32,000 nucleotides of DNA from the NCBI RefSeq assembly GCF_000341395.1, contig NC_020304.1:1320001-1352000 (forward strand), written 5' to 3'. Positions 1 to 8,577 of the stretch are shown piece by piece. Every line of letters starts with the position of its first letter. Positions within the stretch are counted from its first letter, which is position 1. Made by a program: the position numbers and the translations under genes. The notes beneath the pieces were generated by a model. That model worked only from the letters and a program-made list of their open reading frames with translations, did not search any database and was not told the origin of the DNA. The DNA is from Desulfocapsa sulfexigens DSM 10523 (GTDB lineage: Bacteria > Desulfobacterota > Desulfobulbia > Desulfobulbales > Desulfocapsaceae).

Positions 1-57
1 GTTGATATAGGAAAGATTGATGCCGCTATAGAAGAGGCCTGTAAACAGGGAGTTCTG

Positions 58-1113
58 TTGTCCTCTCCGTCTAAACTTGTGCGACCGGGAACTCATTATC
101 CGGACGCGGGGGCGGATGGTTGGCAGCGCCACCTCCAGTCTGATTATTTCACCCTCCAGTGGCATGTAACTCAGGCCTGTGACCTTCATTGTAAACACTG
201 TTATGACCGCTCAACCATTTCCCCGTTGACGCTGGATCAGGGAATAACGATTCTTGATCAGTTCCGGGACTTTGTTCTTGAACAGAAGGTGCATGGTCAG
301 GTGACTTTTACCGGCGGTAATCCTCTTCTTTATGCTCATTTTCAAGAACTGTACCGAGAGGCGGCAAAACGCAATTTTACTATTGCAATTCTTGGCAACC
401 CTACGACCAGGGAAGTTATTGAATCTTTGCAGAACATTCAGCCTCTCTCCTTTTATCAGGTGAGTCTCGAGGGATTGCCAGAGCACAACGATTCCATAAG
501 AGGGACGGGGCATTTCGAACGAATTATGGAGTTTTTGAAGATTCTGGATGATCTCTCCATCTATTCCATGGTGATGTTGACCTTAACCCGTGAAAATATG
601 GGTCAGGTACTGGAGCTTGCTGAAATTCTTCGTGGGAAGGTTAACCTCTTCACATTTAACCGTCTTTCCCAGACCGGAGAAGGTGCTGCACTTGCCACTG
701 CGGATAAGGAAGAGTATCGGAAGTTCCTGGAGGAGTATCTAGAGGCAGCAAAATCGAATCCGACGATGGCCCTGAAGGATAATCTGATTAATATTATCAG
801 ATCCGATCATAAGGAGAAACCATTTGGAGGCTGCACTGGTTTTGGCTGCGGTGCTGCTTTCAATTTCTGTTCTCTTTTACCGAACGGAGACATGCATGCA
901 TGCCGTAAGTTTCAGTCCCCCATCGGGAATGTCCTGGAATCATCATTACTCGAGTTGTATCGATCAAAAGTGGCAGAGCAATACCGGACAGGGCCTTCGG
1001 AATGTAGAGGCTGCAAGATTCGTCCTGTTTGCGGTGGTTGTCAGGCTGTTATCCAGTCGAGTGGTCTGGATGTAAGGTTAAATAGAGACCCTTACTGTTT
1101 CGTAGATGATTGA
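58..1113 (+). CDS. Radical SAM / SPASM-domain protein (peptide-maturase-like); 5' end may lie left of the window
   Basis: CX3CX2C radical SAM cluster motif (CDLHCKHCY) near the N-terminus. FTGGNPLL matches the GGEP-type SAM motif. The C-terminus is Cys-rich and SPASM-like (CSLLPNGDMHAC ... CRGCKIRPVCGGC). The frame stays open from nt 1, and the listed start at 58 is TTG, so the true start is uncertain. Confidence 0.8.
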   Translation: MSSPSKLVRPGTHYPDAGADGWQRHLQSDYFTLQWHVTQACDLHCKHCYDRSTISPLTLDQGITILDQFRDFVLEQKVHGQVTFTGGNPLLYAHFQELYREAAKRNFTIAILGNPTTREVIESLQNIQPLSFYQVSLEGLPEHNDSIRGTGHFERIMEFLKILDDLSIYSMVMLTLTRENMGQVLELAEILRGKVNLFTFNRLSQTGEGAALATADKEEYRKFLEEYLEAAKSNPTMALKDNLINIIRSDHKEKPFGGCTGFGCGAAFNFCSLLPNGDMHACRKFQSPIGNVLESSLLELYRSKVAEQYRTGPSECRGCKIRPVCGGCQAVIQSSGLDVRLNRDPYCFVDD

Positions 1114-1910
1114 GCGCGTACCAGTATTAATTCCGCCACAATGGATACCGCTACTTCAGCGGGTGTTCTGGAAGATATGGGGATACCGATGGGGGCGTAA
1201 ATACGGTCTGTAGCAGTCTGCCACAGGTTCTTTTTTGTAAGGATTTCTTTAAAGGAGGCGATCTTCTTCTTACTTCCCATCACCCCAATATAGAGCGCTG
1301 GAGATTGAGTAGCCTGTTCAAGAACGGCTAGATCGCCTGCATGGTCTGGTCCTGCGATGATTATAAAGTCTTTGGGGGTTGTTATCTTTCTGGCCAGAAA
1401 CTGAGTGCCCTGTTGAAGGGAAAGGCTGCAGTTCTCAGGAAAGAACTCTGGCTGCATAAGTTCCCGACGTGGATCAACAATGCTTATCCCAAAACCATTT
1501 CTATCAGCCACCCAGGCAACTTCTCTTGCCACGTGACCCGCTCCCATAAGAAACAACCTGCAGGCATCATTCCGGGTGAGTTCTTTTTTCCAGAATGCAG
1601 CTGCATCGGCTTTGCCAAAATCAATCTTCTCCAACCGGATTTGCAGTGTTCCGCCACATGACGGGAGCGTTCCTGGAAGAATGGATTTTATTTCAATACG
1701 TTGTTCGTCTGTTGTGAGAGTTGCACAGGCATCAAGAATCTGCTGTTCATTACTGCCACCACCTATGGTGCCGGTAATAAGTTGTCCCGCAGCCCAGAGG
1801 AGTCTGTCGCCAGGTCTTGCGGGCCCACGGCCATCCGATGCAATAACGGTGGCAAGTACAGTACGGGTTTTATTTTTACAGAGGCTGTTGAAGACATTTT
1901 CATCAATCAT
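1092..1910 (-). CDS. XdhC/CoxI-family accessory protein (Rossmann-like C-terminal half)
   Basis: N-terminal XdhC_CoxI-like segment (ATVIASDGRGPARPGDRLLW...GTIGGGSNEQ). C-terminal LFLMGAGHVAREVAWVADRNGFGISIVDPR motif. Its start lies 12 nt downstream of the AdhE-like stop on the same strand. Its 3' end overlaps the convergent radical SAM gene by 22 nt. Confidence 0.8.
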   Translation of the reverse strand: MIDENVFNSLCKNKTRTVLATVIASDGRGPARPGDRLLWAAGQLITGTIGGGSNEQQILDACATLTTDEQRIEIKSILPGTLPSCGGTLQIRLEKIDFGKADAAAFWKKELTRNDACRLFLMGAGHVAREVAWVADRNGFGISIVDPRRELMQPEFFPENCSLSLQQGTQFLARKITTPKDFIIIAGPDHAGDLAVLEQATQSPALYIGVMGSKKKIASFKEILTKKNLWQTATDRIYAPIGIPISSRTPAEVAVSIVAELILVRAQSSTKQ

Positions 1911-1922
1911 GATGAAAATGTC

Positions 1923-4511
1923 TTAATAGATATCGTCAAATATGTCAATAATCTCAGATATTAGTGGTAGGCGGGGGTTTGTTGTGGTGGAATGGTCGGT
2001 AAATGCCTGTTCCGCCATCTGTTCAGTTATTCCCAGATATTCCTTCTGACTGATATTGTATTCACGGATTGTACATGGCAGATGCAGCTCCCGCTGCATA
2101 CGGCTGATGGCTTTCACCAGGGAATCAACGCCCTGTTCAGGACTTTTACAGGCAAGTCCCAGGCTTTTGGCAATTTCCTGATAGCGCTCATGAGCAATAT
2201 ACCTGCTTCCGGGCATGAGGGGGTTAAAACGACTGGGGTCTTCCACTCCATTGTAGCGAACAATACTGGGAAGCAAGAGGCTGTGTGCCTGGCCATGAGT
2301 CAGGTTGAATGCCGAACTGAGAGAGTGGGCCATGGCATGGGCAAGTCCCGGTTTTGCATTTCCGGTGGCCATTCCGGCCATGGTAGCAGCGTTGTAGAGT
2401 TTTTCTCTGGTACTGATCTGATTGCGGGTAACAGCCATTGGCAGGTAATCAAAGATTATCAGGATGGCTTTTATGGCCATGGAGTCGGAGTAGTCCGATG
2501 CCAGAGGAGAAACATAGGCTTCAAGAGCATGGCTGAGAATGGTCATACCGGTAATCGCCATCTCTTTAGCACTTAGAGGGGTGGAAAAATCCGGGTCAAT
2601 AAGGGTGGTGTCAGGGAGCAGCTCACATGAGTGAATATTTTGGCGCTTTTCCAGGCGATTATCAAAAATGGTAATTAAGGCGTTTATTTTAAAACCGGCT
2701 CGTGGTGTGGTTGGCATGGCAATGAGAGAAACCCGTCGTTGTGGCGGATTTGAAAGAGATCCGGAGGAGTTCGCGTGCTCTGGATTTGGGGAGGAGTATG
2801 GCAGTGAGTTGTCAGGTCGTTGGTAAAAATAACGTATGGCCTTTGCTGTGTCGATGGTAGCCCCATTGCCAATGGCAAGGATTGCGGTAGGCCGAAACCT
2901 GTTCATGCACTGTATTCCTTCCTCGATGGAGGAAACTGTGACCACGCGATTGGTTTTGCAGAAAAACTCTGTTTTAACCGGATACTTCTGATCGCTTAAG
3001 TGATTAAGAACAGCGTCAATATGGTCGCTTTCAAGAAGTTCTTTTTCAGTTACAATCAGGGTTCGTGCAACCTCCGGGAGGGTTCGGAGGTGGTTGCTGC
3101 ACCCCTTTGCAAAAAGGACGTTTCCTGGTGTTTTCCATTCCCTGATTCGAGTGTTTTGTTTCTGGAGCAGTTTGCGTCGAAGAAGCATGTCCATGGAAAG
3201 TCCTGCAGTGGCAGGATTACCGACCTGTCTGTCTTCGGCGGAGGTGACGCTGTTACCCGATATTACCAGCAGTCTGCATAGGTCGCCATCGGTGGCGGGT
3301 TGATTCAGGACAATGTGGCTTGCGCGCAGCCGTGTGGAAAATTCATCGCAGAGATCAGTATCTCTGGCATGGAGGACTGCGGTGTGAGAGGTGGATCCAA
3401 ATTCAAGTACGGCTTCACAGAAACAGAGTCCTTCATACCAGCTCTCGGCTGCCAGAATGGAAAGCACAGGAGCAGCGTTGCTCCCTGATAGGGGATAGGA
3501 GGGGCCAATGCCTCCGATTTCAGTGAGGAGCAATTTGGTGTGGGGCGGGACTGTAAACCCTGCCATTTTGGCTATCACAACTGCATCCATTCCTGTACAA
3601 TCCGAATTTGGAAGGCCTGTTTCCTGATCAAAAAGGAGCTCTTCCAGCTGCGTTTTTTCTTGCTCCGAAGCCAGGTGGCAGGATTTCTGCATCAGCAGGT
3701 CAACGGTTTGAAAATAAATTTCCCGGCTGATAATAAGGGTCTGTTCTGAAGATGGAATCAGGCCGTTGTCGAAATGTCTGGATGCAATCACATCGGTTAC
3801 TGCCTGCTCGATATCTGCTGAACGGTGAATAAAACACGGGGTGTTTATCTGTCCGTTACCAAGTATGGGGGTATTGGGTAGCGATTGGAGAGCGGAGAGG
3901 ACAGAGGCGTTTTCATCCATAAGAATAAGGCTGATATCGGGATGGCTGGCAAGGGCATTGATACTGCTTTCCGATCCTGATGGCAGCCACTGGATGGCAT
4001 ATGGCGGTGCACCTGCGTCCTGTGCTGCCTGTTGCATGAGGTTTGCTGCAGCTTTGGAAGAGGATTGTACCGACGGGTGGAAACAGAATACGATGGGGTT
4101 ACGGGTTTTCACACTGATGATTGCCTGGAAGAGTACGTTCGCCGTCGGATGTTCCGGGGAAGGAAAAGACGCCAGTGTTCCGACTGGTTCTGTAATAATC
4201 TGGTACTTGTTTATTTCGTTATCTTCAAGAGGACCAACGGAGTGTATATTTCGCAGTTTTTGATCCAAACCATTTGAGGCAAATATGTTCGTAACGGATT
4301 TGTCCTCAACAATACCTCTTGCCGATTCCTTTACAGCGAGTTTAGCAAGAGCCAGGTGTTGCGATTCCCCAACCTCTGCCATAAAATGGACGATTCTGTC
4401 TATGGACTGTTGATTAATCTGGAGATAGGCGTCCTGTGCGGACATGGCCTGAAAGATTATTTCATCAACCTGTTCTGCATCTGTCAGGTTTGAACTGTCT
4501 GGCTGAAACAT
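1923..4511 (-). CDS. AdhE-like fused aldehyde dehydrogenase / iron-type alcohol dehydrogenase homolog with degenerate catalytic motifs
   Basis: 862 aa and colinear with AdhE. Shared segments include GIVEDK..NIFAS, KTRNPIVF.FHP, FDNG...SEQ, then an Fe-ADH half with SHALEAYVS and HAMAHSL....THGQAH. The catalytic Cys position reads LIPSSEQT and GGGSxxD reads GNGATID (see findings). Confidence 0.85.
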   Translation of the reverse strand: MFQPDSSNLTDAEQVDEIIFQAMSAQDAYLQINQQSIDRIVHFMAEVGESQHLALAKLAVKESARGIVEDKSVTNIFASNGLDQKLRNIHSVGPLEDNEINKYQIITEPVGTLASFPSPEHPTANVLFQAIISVKTRNPIVFCFHPSVQSSSKAAANLMQQAAQDAGAPPYAIQWLPSGSESSINALASHPDISLILMDENASVLSALQSLPNTPILGNGQINTPCFIHRSADIEQAVTDVIASRHFDNGLIPSSEQTLIISREIYFQTVDLLMQKSCHLASEQEKTQLEELLFDQETGLPNSDCTGMDAVVIAKMAGFTVPPHTKLLLTEIGGIGPSYPLSGSNAAPVLSILAAESWYEGLCFCEAVLEFGSTSHTAVLHARDTDLCDEFSTRLRASHIVLNQPATDGDLCRLLVISGNSVTSAEDRQVGNPATAGLSMDMLLRRKLLQKQNTRIREWKTPGNVLFAKGCSNHLRTLPEVARTLIVTEKELLESDHIDAVLNHLSDQKYPVKTEFFCKTNRVVTVSSIEEGIQCMNRFRPTAILAIGNGATIDTAKAIRYFYQRPDNSLPYSSPNPEHANSSGSLSNPPQRRVSLIAMPTTPRAGFKINALITIFDNRLEKRQNIHSCELLPDTTLIDPDFSTPLSAKEMAITGMTILSHALEAYVSPLASDYSDSMAIKAILIIFDYLPMAVTRNQISTREKLYNAATMAGMATGNAKPGLAHAMAHSLSSAFNLTHGQAHSLLLPSIVRYNGVEDPSRFNPLMPGSRYIAHERYQEIAKSLGLACKSPEQGVDSLVKAISRMQRELHLPCTIREYNISQKEYLGITEQMAEQAFTDHSTTTNPRLPLISEIIDIFDDIY

Positions 4512-4895
4512 GAATATACCTTGGTGGAAAATAAAATATGGTGAAAAGTACCAATGAAATTTGATTTACTGTTTTCGATTATCAAGCTTTTACAGTGGAA
4601 TTGTCAAGCAGGTTACAAGTGATTATGGCGTAATTCCCAGATGAAAATAGGAAACATTTTTTATTTGCTGAATAAAATAAGGAAGAAAGAGAACAAAAAA
4701 AGAAGGAGAAATTTTTTAATTTTTTTTTTAACAAAAGAAGTTGTGTGCTAGAGGTGAAAATTGTTTACTGGTAAACCGTGTTGTGCATTTATGGGTCTGT
4801 AATCATTGTTTAAAAATTGATATGTCAGGGGGTGTGGGCAAGTAATAATGGGCGGCCTTTGTGCCCGAGAATAGGTCCATTATCTTGTTACTATT

Positions 4896-5330
4896 ATGAA
4901 AAATTATGTAAATAAACGAGTTGCAACGTATTTTCATGTCAATGATTATAACTGTGTCAGAACTGACCTGCTAATTCTGGCAGAATATTTCAAAGTAACA
5001 CTTGGTCAGCAGATATTGGATGCAGCTGTTGGAATGCACGGAGCGGGCGGGTACCGTGCTCAATGTGGTCTGGTGGAGGGAACTCTTCTGTTTCTTGGTC
5101 TGATTGGTGCTGAAAAGGCTGTTGCAGAGGAGGATATTGTCGAAGCCTGCCATGATTTTGGACGGGCCTTTGAAGCGGAATTCTCTTCATTGCAGTGTAA
5201 AACACTCCGGCCCGGTGGCTTTATGGAGGACGATCCACCGCACCTCTGTGAAGATCTGGCCTGTAGAAGCATCATCTTTTCCATCAGTTTTGTTGAGAAA
5301 AGAATCCAGATGTGGAGGGAAGCTTCCTGA
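4896..5330 (+). CDS. C_GCAxxG_C_C-family putative redox protein
   Basis: 144 aa. Early Cys (NDYNCV), a central QCGLVEG motif (variant of CGAxxG), and a C-terminal Cys pair (HLCEDLACRS). Size and Cys layout fit PF09719-type proteins. Confidence 0.65.
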   Translation: MKNYVNKRVATYFHVNDYNCVRTDLLILAEYFKVTLGQQILDAAVGMHGAGGYRAQCGLVEGTLLFLGLIGAEKAVAEEDIVEACHDFGRAFEAEFSSLQCKTLRPGGFMEDDPPHLCEDLACRSIIFSISFVEKRIQMWREAS

Positions 5331-5969
5331 TCAGGATTTTTCCTGAAAGATACGATGCACTTCTTTCAGCAACTTTGTCACTTCCAGGGAAGCATCAGAG
5401 CTCCTGGAGTGTTCAATCACAGACTTGCCGTGCATAAGAGACTGGGCATAGGCAACCCGGTTGTGAAGTCGTGACTGCAGCAGGGGAACAGAGTAGAGTT
5501 CGCGTATATAGGTGCCTATCTCTTTGCTGAGTTTTGTGCGTGGATTTACCCTGTTTAAAAGAAAGTAGCAGGGGATGTCGTGGCCCACTTCCTTCTGAAC
5601 TCTTTCACAGGCATCAATGGTACGCTTTGCCGATCTGATGTCGAGTGGAGATGCCTGGAGAGGGATAATAATAAAATCCGAAACGGCCATGGCCCGATAC
5701 ATGATATGGTGACTATGTGGCGGAGTATCAATAAAGATAAAATGAAATTTACTTTTGATTTCCGCCACAAGATCTTCAACGTCCTCTCGAGCCTCGTATA
5801 GCGTCAGGTTGGATTTGGAGTGATCACCCAGAGTCTCCAGGCAACTCTTCTGTTCGTCTGTATCTATAAGTGCAGTCTTGTAGTTTAGTGCTGCTGTCCC
5901 CAGAGCCAGGTTCATGGTTGCAGTGCTCTTTCCGCATCCGCCTTTCTGATTCGTCAGTGTGATAATCAT
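5331..5969 (-). CDS. ParA/MinD-family P-loop ATPase (orphan; no ParB-like partner visible)
   Basis: Deviant Walker A NQKGGCGKST at the N-terminus, FIFIDTPP Walker B-like motif, about 210 aa as in small ParA/IncC-type ATPases. Its stop codon abuts the stop of the convergent gene (TGATCA). Confidence 0.85.
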   Translation of the reverse strand: MIITLTNQKGGCGKSTATMNLALGTAALNYKTALIDTDEQKSCLETLGDHSKSNLTLYEAREDVEDLVAEIKSKFHFIFIDTPPHSHHIMYRAMAVSDFIIIPLQASPLDIRSAKRTIDACERVQKEVGHDIPCYFLLNRVNPRTKLSKEIGTYIRELYSVPLLQSRLHNRVAYAQSLMHGKSVIEHSRSSDASLEVTKLLKEVHRIFQEKS

Positions 5970-6052
5970 GGTTTTTCTCTGAGGTTTAAGTGAATGTTGG
6001 ATTCACTATATTGAAAAAGTCCTATGTTTTCAATGGGAAAGCGAAATGTATC

Positions 6053-7159
6053 CTATAATAACACCTCCGCAAGAGGAGTGACCTCCATGCCAAAGGCTTT
6101 GCCCACGCCATCGTAGGTAAGTTTTCCCTGATGACAGTTGAGTCCTCTTGCGAGGACATGATCCTGGGAGAGGGCAGCAAAGCCATGTTCAGCAAGTTTT
6201 AATGCATAGGGCACTGTCTGGTTCACAAGAGCAAATGTGGAGGTGTGGGGGACAGCTCCCGGCATGTTGGCGACTCCGTAGTGGACAACGCCATCAACAA
6301 CATAGGTCGGATTGGCATGTGTTGTTGCTTTAATGGTCTCCACACAGCCACCCTGATCGACGGCCACATCCACAATAACAGCCCCATCCTTCATAAAGGC
6401 CAGCATATCACGGGTGACAAGGTTGGGTGCCTTTGCACCAGGGATGAGCACTGCTCCGATCAGGAGATCTGCTTCTTTAAGATAGGTGCGGATATTTGCC
6501 TCATTGGAACTCATGGTGGTCATTCTGCCCTGGAATACATCGTCTAGATACTGAAGCCGACTATGGCTAAGATCCATAATTATGACCCGGGCGCCCATTC
6601 CCATAGCAATTTTTGCTGCATTGGTTCCCACCACTCCACCACCAAGTACCACAACTGTTGCTGGAGACACACCGGGCACCCCACCGAGGAGCATACCGCG
6701 CCCTCCCTGATGTCTTTCAAGGTAGTGAGCCCCAACCTGAGTGGCCATCCTTCCGGCCACCTCACTCATGGGAGTGAGCAGGGGGAGCTGACCATTGTCG
6801 GTCTGTACAGTTTCATAGGCAATGGCTGTGGTACCTGCTGCAAGAAGAGCTTCGGTTAATCTCCGTTCTGCGGCAAGGTGGAGGTAGGTAAAGAGAAGGA
6901 GGTCGTTCCGAAGATACTGGTACTCAGCAGGGACTGGTTCTTTGACCTTAATAACCATCTGCGCTCCCCAGGCCTCTACTGCATTCACCATTCTGGCTCC
7001 GGCATCGATGTAACGCTTGTTGTCAAGACCCGATCCAATACCGGCATTTTCTTCCACCAGTACGGTGTGACCTCTTCCTACAAGGGCTTCAACGCCTGCA
7101 GGGGTCATCGCTACTCTGTTCTCAAGGTTTTTAATTTCTTTTGGGACACCAATGATCAT
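6053..7159 (-). CDS. ald: Alanine dehydrogenase
   Basis: N-terminus MIIGVPKEIKNLENRVAMTPAGV is canonical for Ald. NAD-binding VVVLGGGVVGTNAA. 368 aa. Confidence 0.93.
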   Translation of the reverse strand: MIIGVPKEIKNLENRVAMTPAGVEALVGRGHTVLVEENAGIGSGLDNKRYIDAGARMVNAVEAWGAQMVIKVKEPVPAEYQYLRNDLLLFTYLHLAAERRLTEALLAAGTTAIAYETVQTDNGQLPLLTPMSEVAGRMATQVGAHYLERHQGGRGMLLGGVPGVSPATVVVLGGGVVGTNAAKIAMGMGARVIIMDLSHSRLQYLDDVFQGRMTTMSSNEANIRTYLKEADLLIGAVLIPGAKAPNLVTRDMLAFMKDGAVIVDVAVDQGGCVETIKATTHANPTYVVDGVVHYGVANMPGAVPHTSTFALVNQTVPYALKLAEHGFAALSQDHVLARGLNCHQGKLTYDGVGKAFGMEVTPLAEVLL

Positions 7160-7216
7160 TTTGGGTACTCCTGTTGTTAAGATAGCATCATGTGTAATGA
7201 TGGAAAATTCCTGTAA

Positions 7217-8275
7217 TCAGAAACTGAAAATATTACGAAATTGCTGTTCGTAGGATGTGTAACCAAATTCGGCTTCGAGTTTAACAATAATTCCGGGTAC
7301 AAAATTCCGGTCGTGCTCCTTGGGAAAAGAAATCTGAGGAGCTACCTCAGTTACAAGCCAGTCCCGGTAAAAGCGTTGCCGGTAACGCAGGCCGAAAACC
7401 GTATCGGTGAGCTGATAGCTCGGGCTTGTCTGAAGATAGTTGCCTGCCTCATAGAGGATGGCACGATCTGAGTTCAGTACATGGTACAGTGAGAAAATAA
7501 CAGCGTGGGGTACTCCGTTACGTTCCTCTTCCCAATTAGCTTCAAGGGTAGTTCTGAAGAGAAACTTTTCAGAAACTTTTCGCTCTAGATCATACTGATT
7601 TCTGGATTCAAACCCATCATCCGTATAGTAACGAAACCGTGAGGTAAATCTTCCCTGCCAGGAACCATAGTCATACAGACCACGGTAACGAAGACCTGCA
7701 TACAGATAGCTGGTAGAGAGACCTGCCGAGGCTGAGATGTTCAGTTTTTCTGTCTGCTTGAGGAAATACTGCAAGGATCCTGTTATTTCGCTGTCATCAT
7801 CACGGCTATTCAGTGCGTTCCCCCTGCGATCCACATCAAAATCTTCGTCGTCATTTGCAGTGAAAAGTAAGTTTAGTCGGTTTTGGGCGTGCGGAAGATG
7901 CAATCTGATACTTACTCGGGGTTTAAAGTCCAGGCTTTCGTATTTTTGAATACCAGCCATCAGCTTGAGTTTTGCTCTTGTTTTGTTTTCTTCCTGGCTG
8001 TAACGGGTGTCGTCAAAAAATGAATCAAGCCAGGTTGCAGCGCTGATAACTTTTTCTGAGAGTGTTTCGTGTCCAGCATCAAAAGTATCTTGAGTTGCCT
8101 GGTCGAGGAGAGGGATGTCATCTTTTTCTCCTCGAAACACCTCAATTGCTTTGTTTTGGTCAATAATGTCAGATTGTTCCTTTTCCTGGGGAAAGGTTTG
8201 GGTGGAAAATATGAGGATCAGGGTGAGCGTAAGGCATGATGTGATAAGGGAGGATTGCAGGATGGGGGCGAACAT
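7217..8275 (-). CDS. Putative outer-membrane beta-barrel protein, family unknown
   Basis: I prefer the internal ATG at 8275, which has an AAGAGG Shine-Dalgarno about 9 nt upstream. That start gives a signal-peptide-like MFAPILQSSLITSCLTLTLILIFS. The sequence is rich in alternating aromatic/polar stretches and ends in a C-terminal F (..FRNIFSF), typical of OMP barrels. Confidence 0.6.
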   Translation of the reverse strand: MFAPILQSSLITSCLTLTLILIFSTQTFPQEKEQSDIIDQNKAIEVFRGEKDDIPLLDQATQDTFDAGHETLSEKVISAATWLDSFFDDTRYSQEENKTRAKLKLMAGIQKYESLDFKPRVSIRLHLPHAQNRLNLLFTANDDEDFDVDRRGNALNSRDDDSEITGSLQYFLKQTEKLNISASAGLSTSYLYAGLRYRGLYDYGSWQGRFTSRFRYYTDDGFESRNQYDLERKVSEKFLFRTTLEANWEEERNGVPHAVIFSLYHVLNSDRAILYEAGNYLQTSPSYQLTDTVFGLRYRQRFYRDWLVTEVAPQISFPKEHDRNFVPGIIVKLEAEFGYTSYEQQFRNIFSF

Positions 8276-8506
8276 TAGCTGAGACCTCTTTTTGAGAACA
8301 CTGTGATGGGGTGTCTTTAAAGAATATCTGTGATAATAGCCACATAGGCTCATGTCTGGTTTGCTTAAACGTACAATACAAACTATCCAGAGAGGTCACA
8401 ACCAAAAAACTCCTTTCGGTTTTCGATTGAGAAATTTCTGGAGACGAGCAGCCATGAATAAGAGTGCGCTTGAGTCATTCTTATTACCATTGCTGTAGTC
8501 AGTCCA

Positions 8507-8543
8507 TTAAACAGTGCACGCTTATTATACGGACACTGTTTAA
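8507..8543 (-). terminator. Hairpin just downstream of eno (10-bp stem TTAAACAGTG/CACTGTTTAA, 17-nt loop); candidate terminator or processing site
   Basis: The inverted repeat is read directly. It lies about 35 nt after the enolase stop on the minus strand, and no clear U-tract follows it. Confidence 0.3.
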
Positions 8544-8577
8544 CAGAATGATTTCTCAGGGGATATCGGGTGCAATA

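Noticed and set aside
1992-4277. Many 60-194-aa ORFs on the plus strand inside the AdhE-like gene, and similar shadow ORFs inside ald, eno, the RND pump, the porin and the Mo-enzyme genes
   Set aside because: They are antisense or out-of-frame shadows of long, motif-supported genes, with no independent signals.
4555-4760. Short ORFs in the AT-rich spacer (22-aa MKFDLLFSIIKLLQWNCQAGYK and a 36-aa Lys/Arg-rich peptide) as possible radical SAM precursor peptides
   Set aside because: Neither has a Shine-Dalgarno. They lie about 3.5 kb from the radical SAM gene, and low-complexity sequence generates such ORFs by chance.
4846-4862. Weak sigma54-like GG-N10-GC element upstream of the C_GCAxxG gene
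   Set aside because: Only the dinucleotides match. The flanking consensus positions (T before GG, TT before GC) do not.
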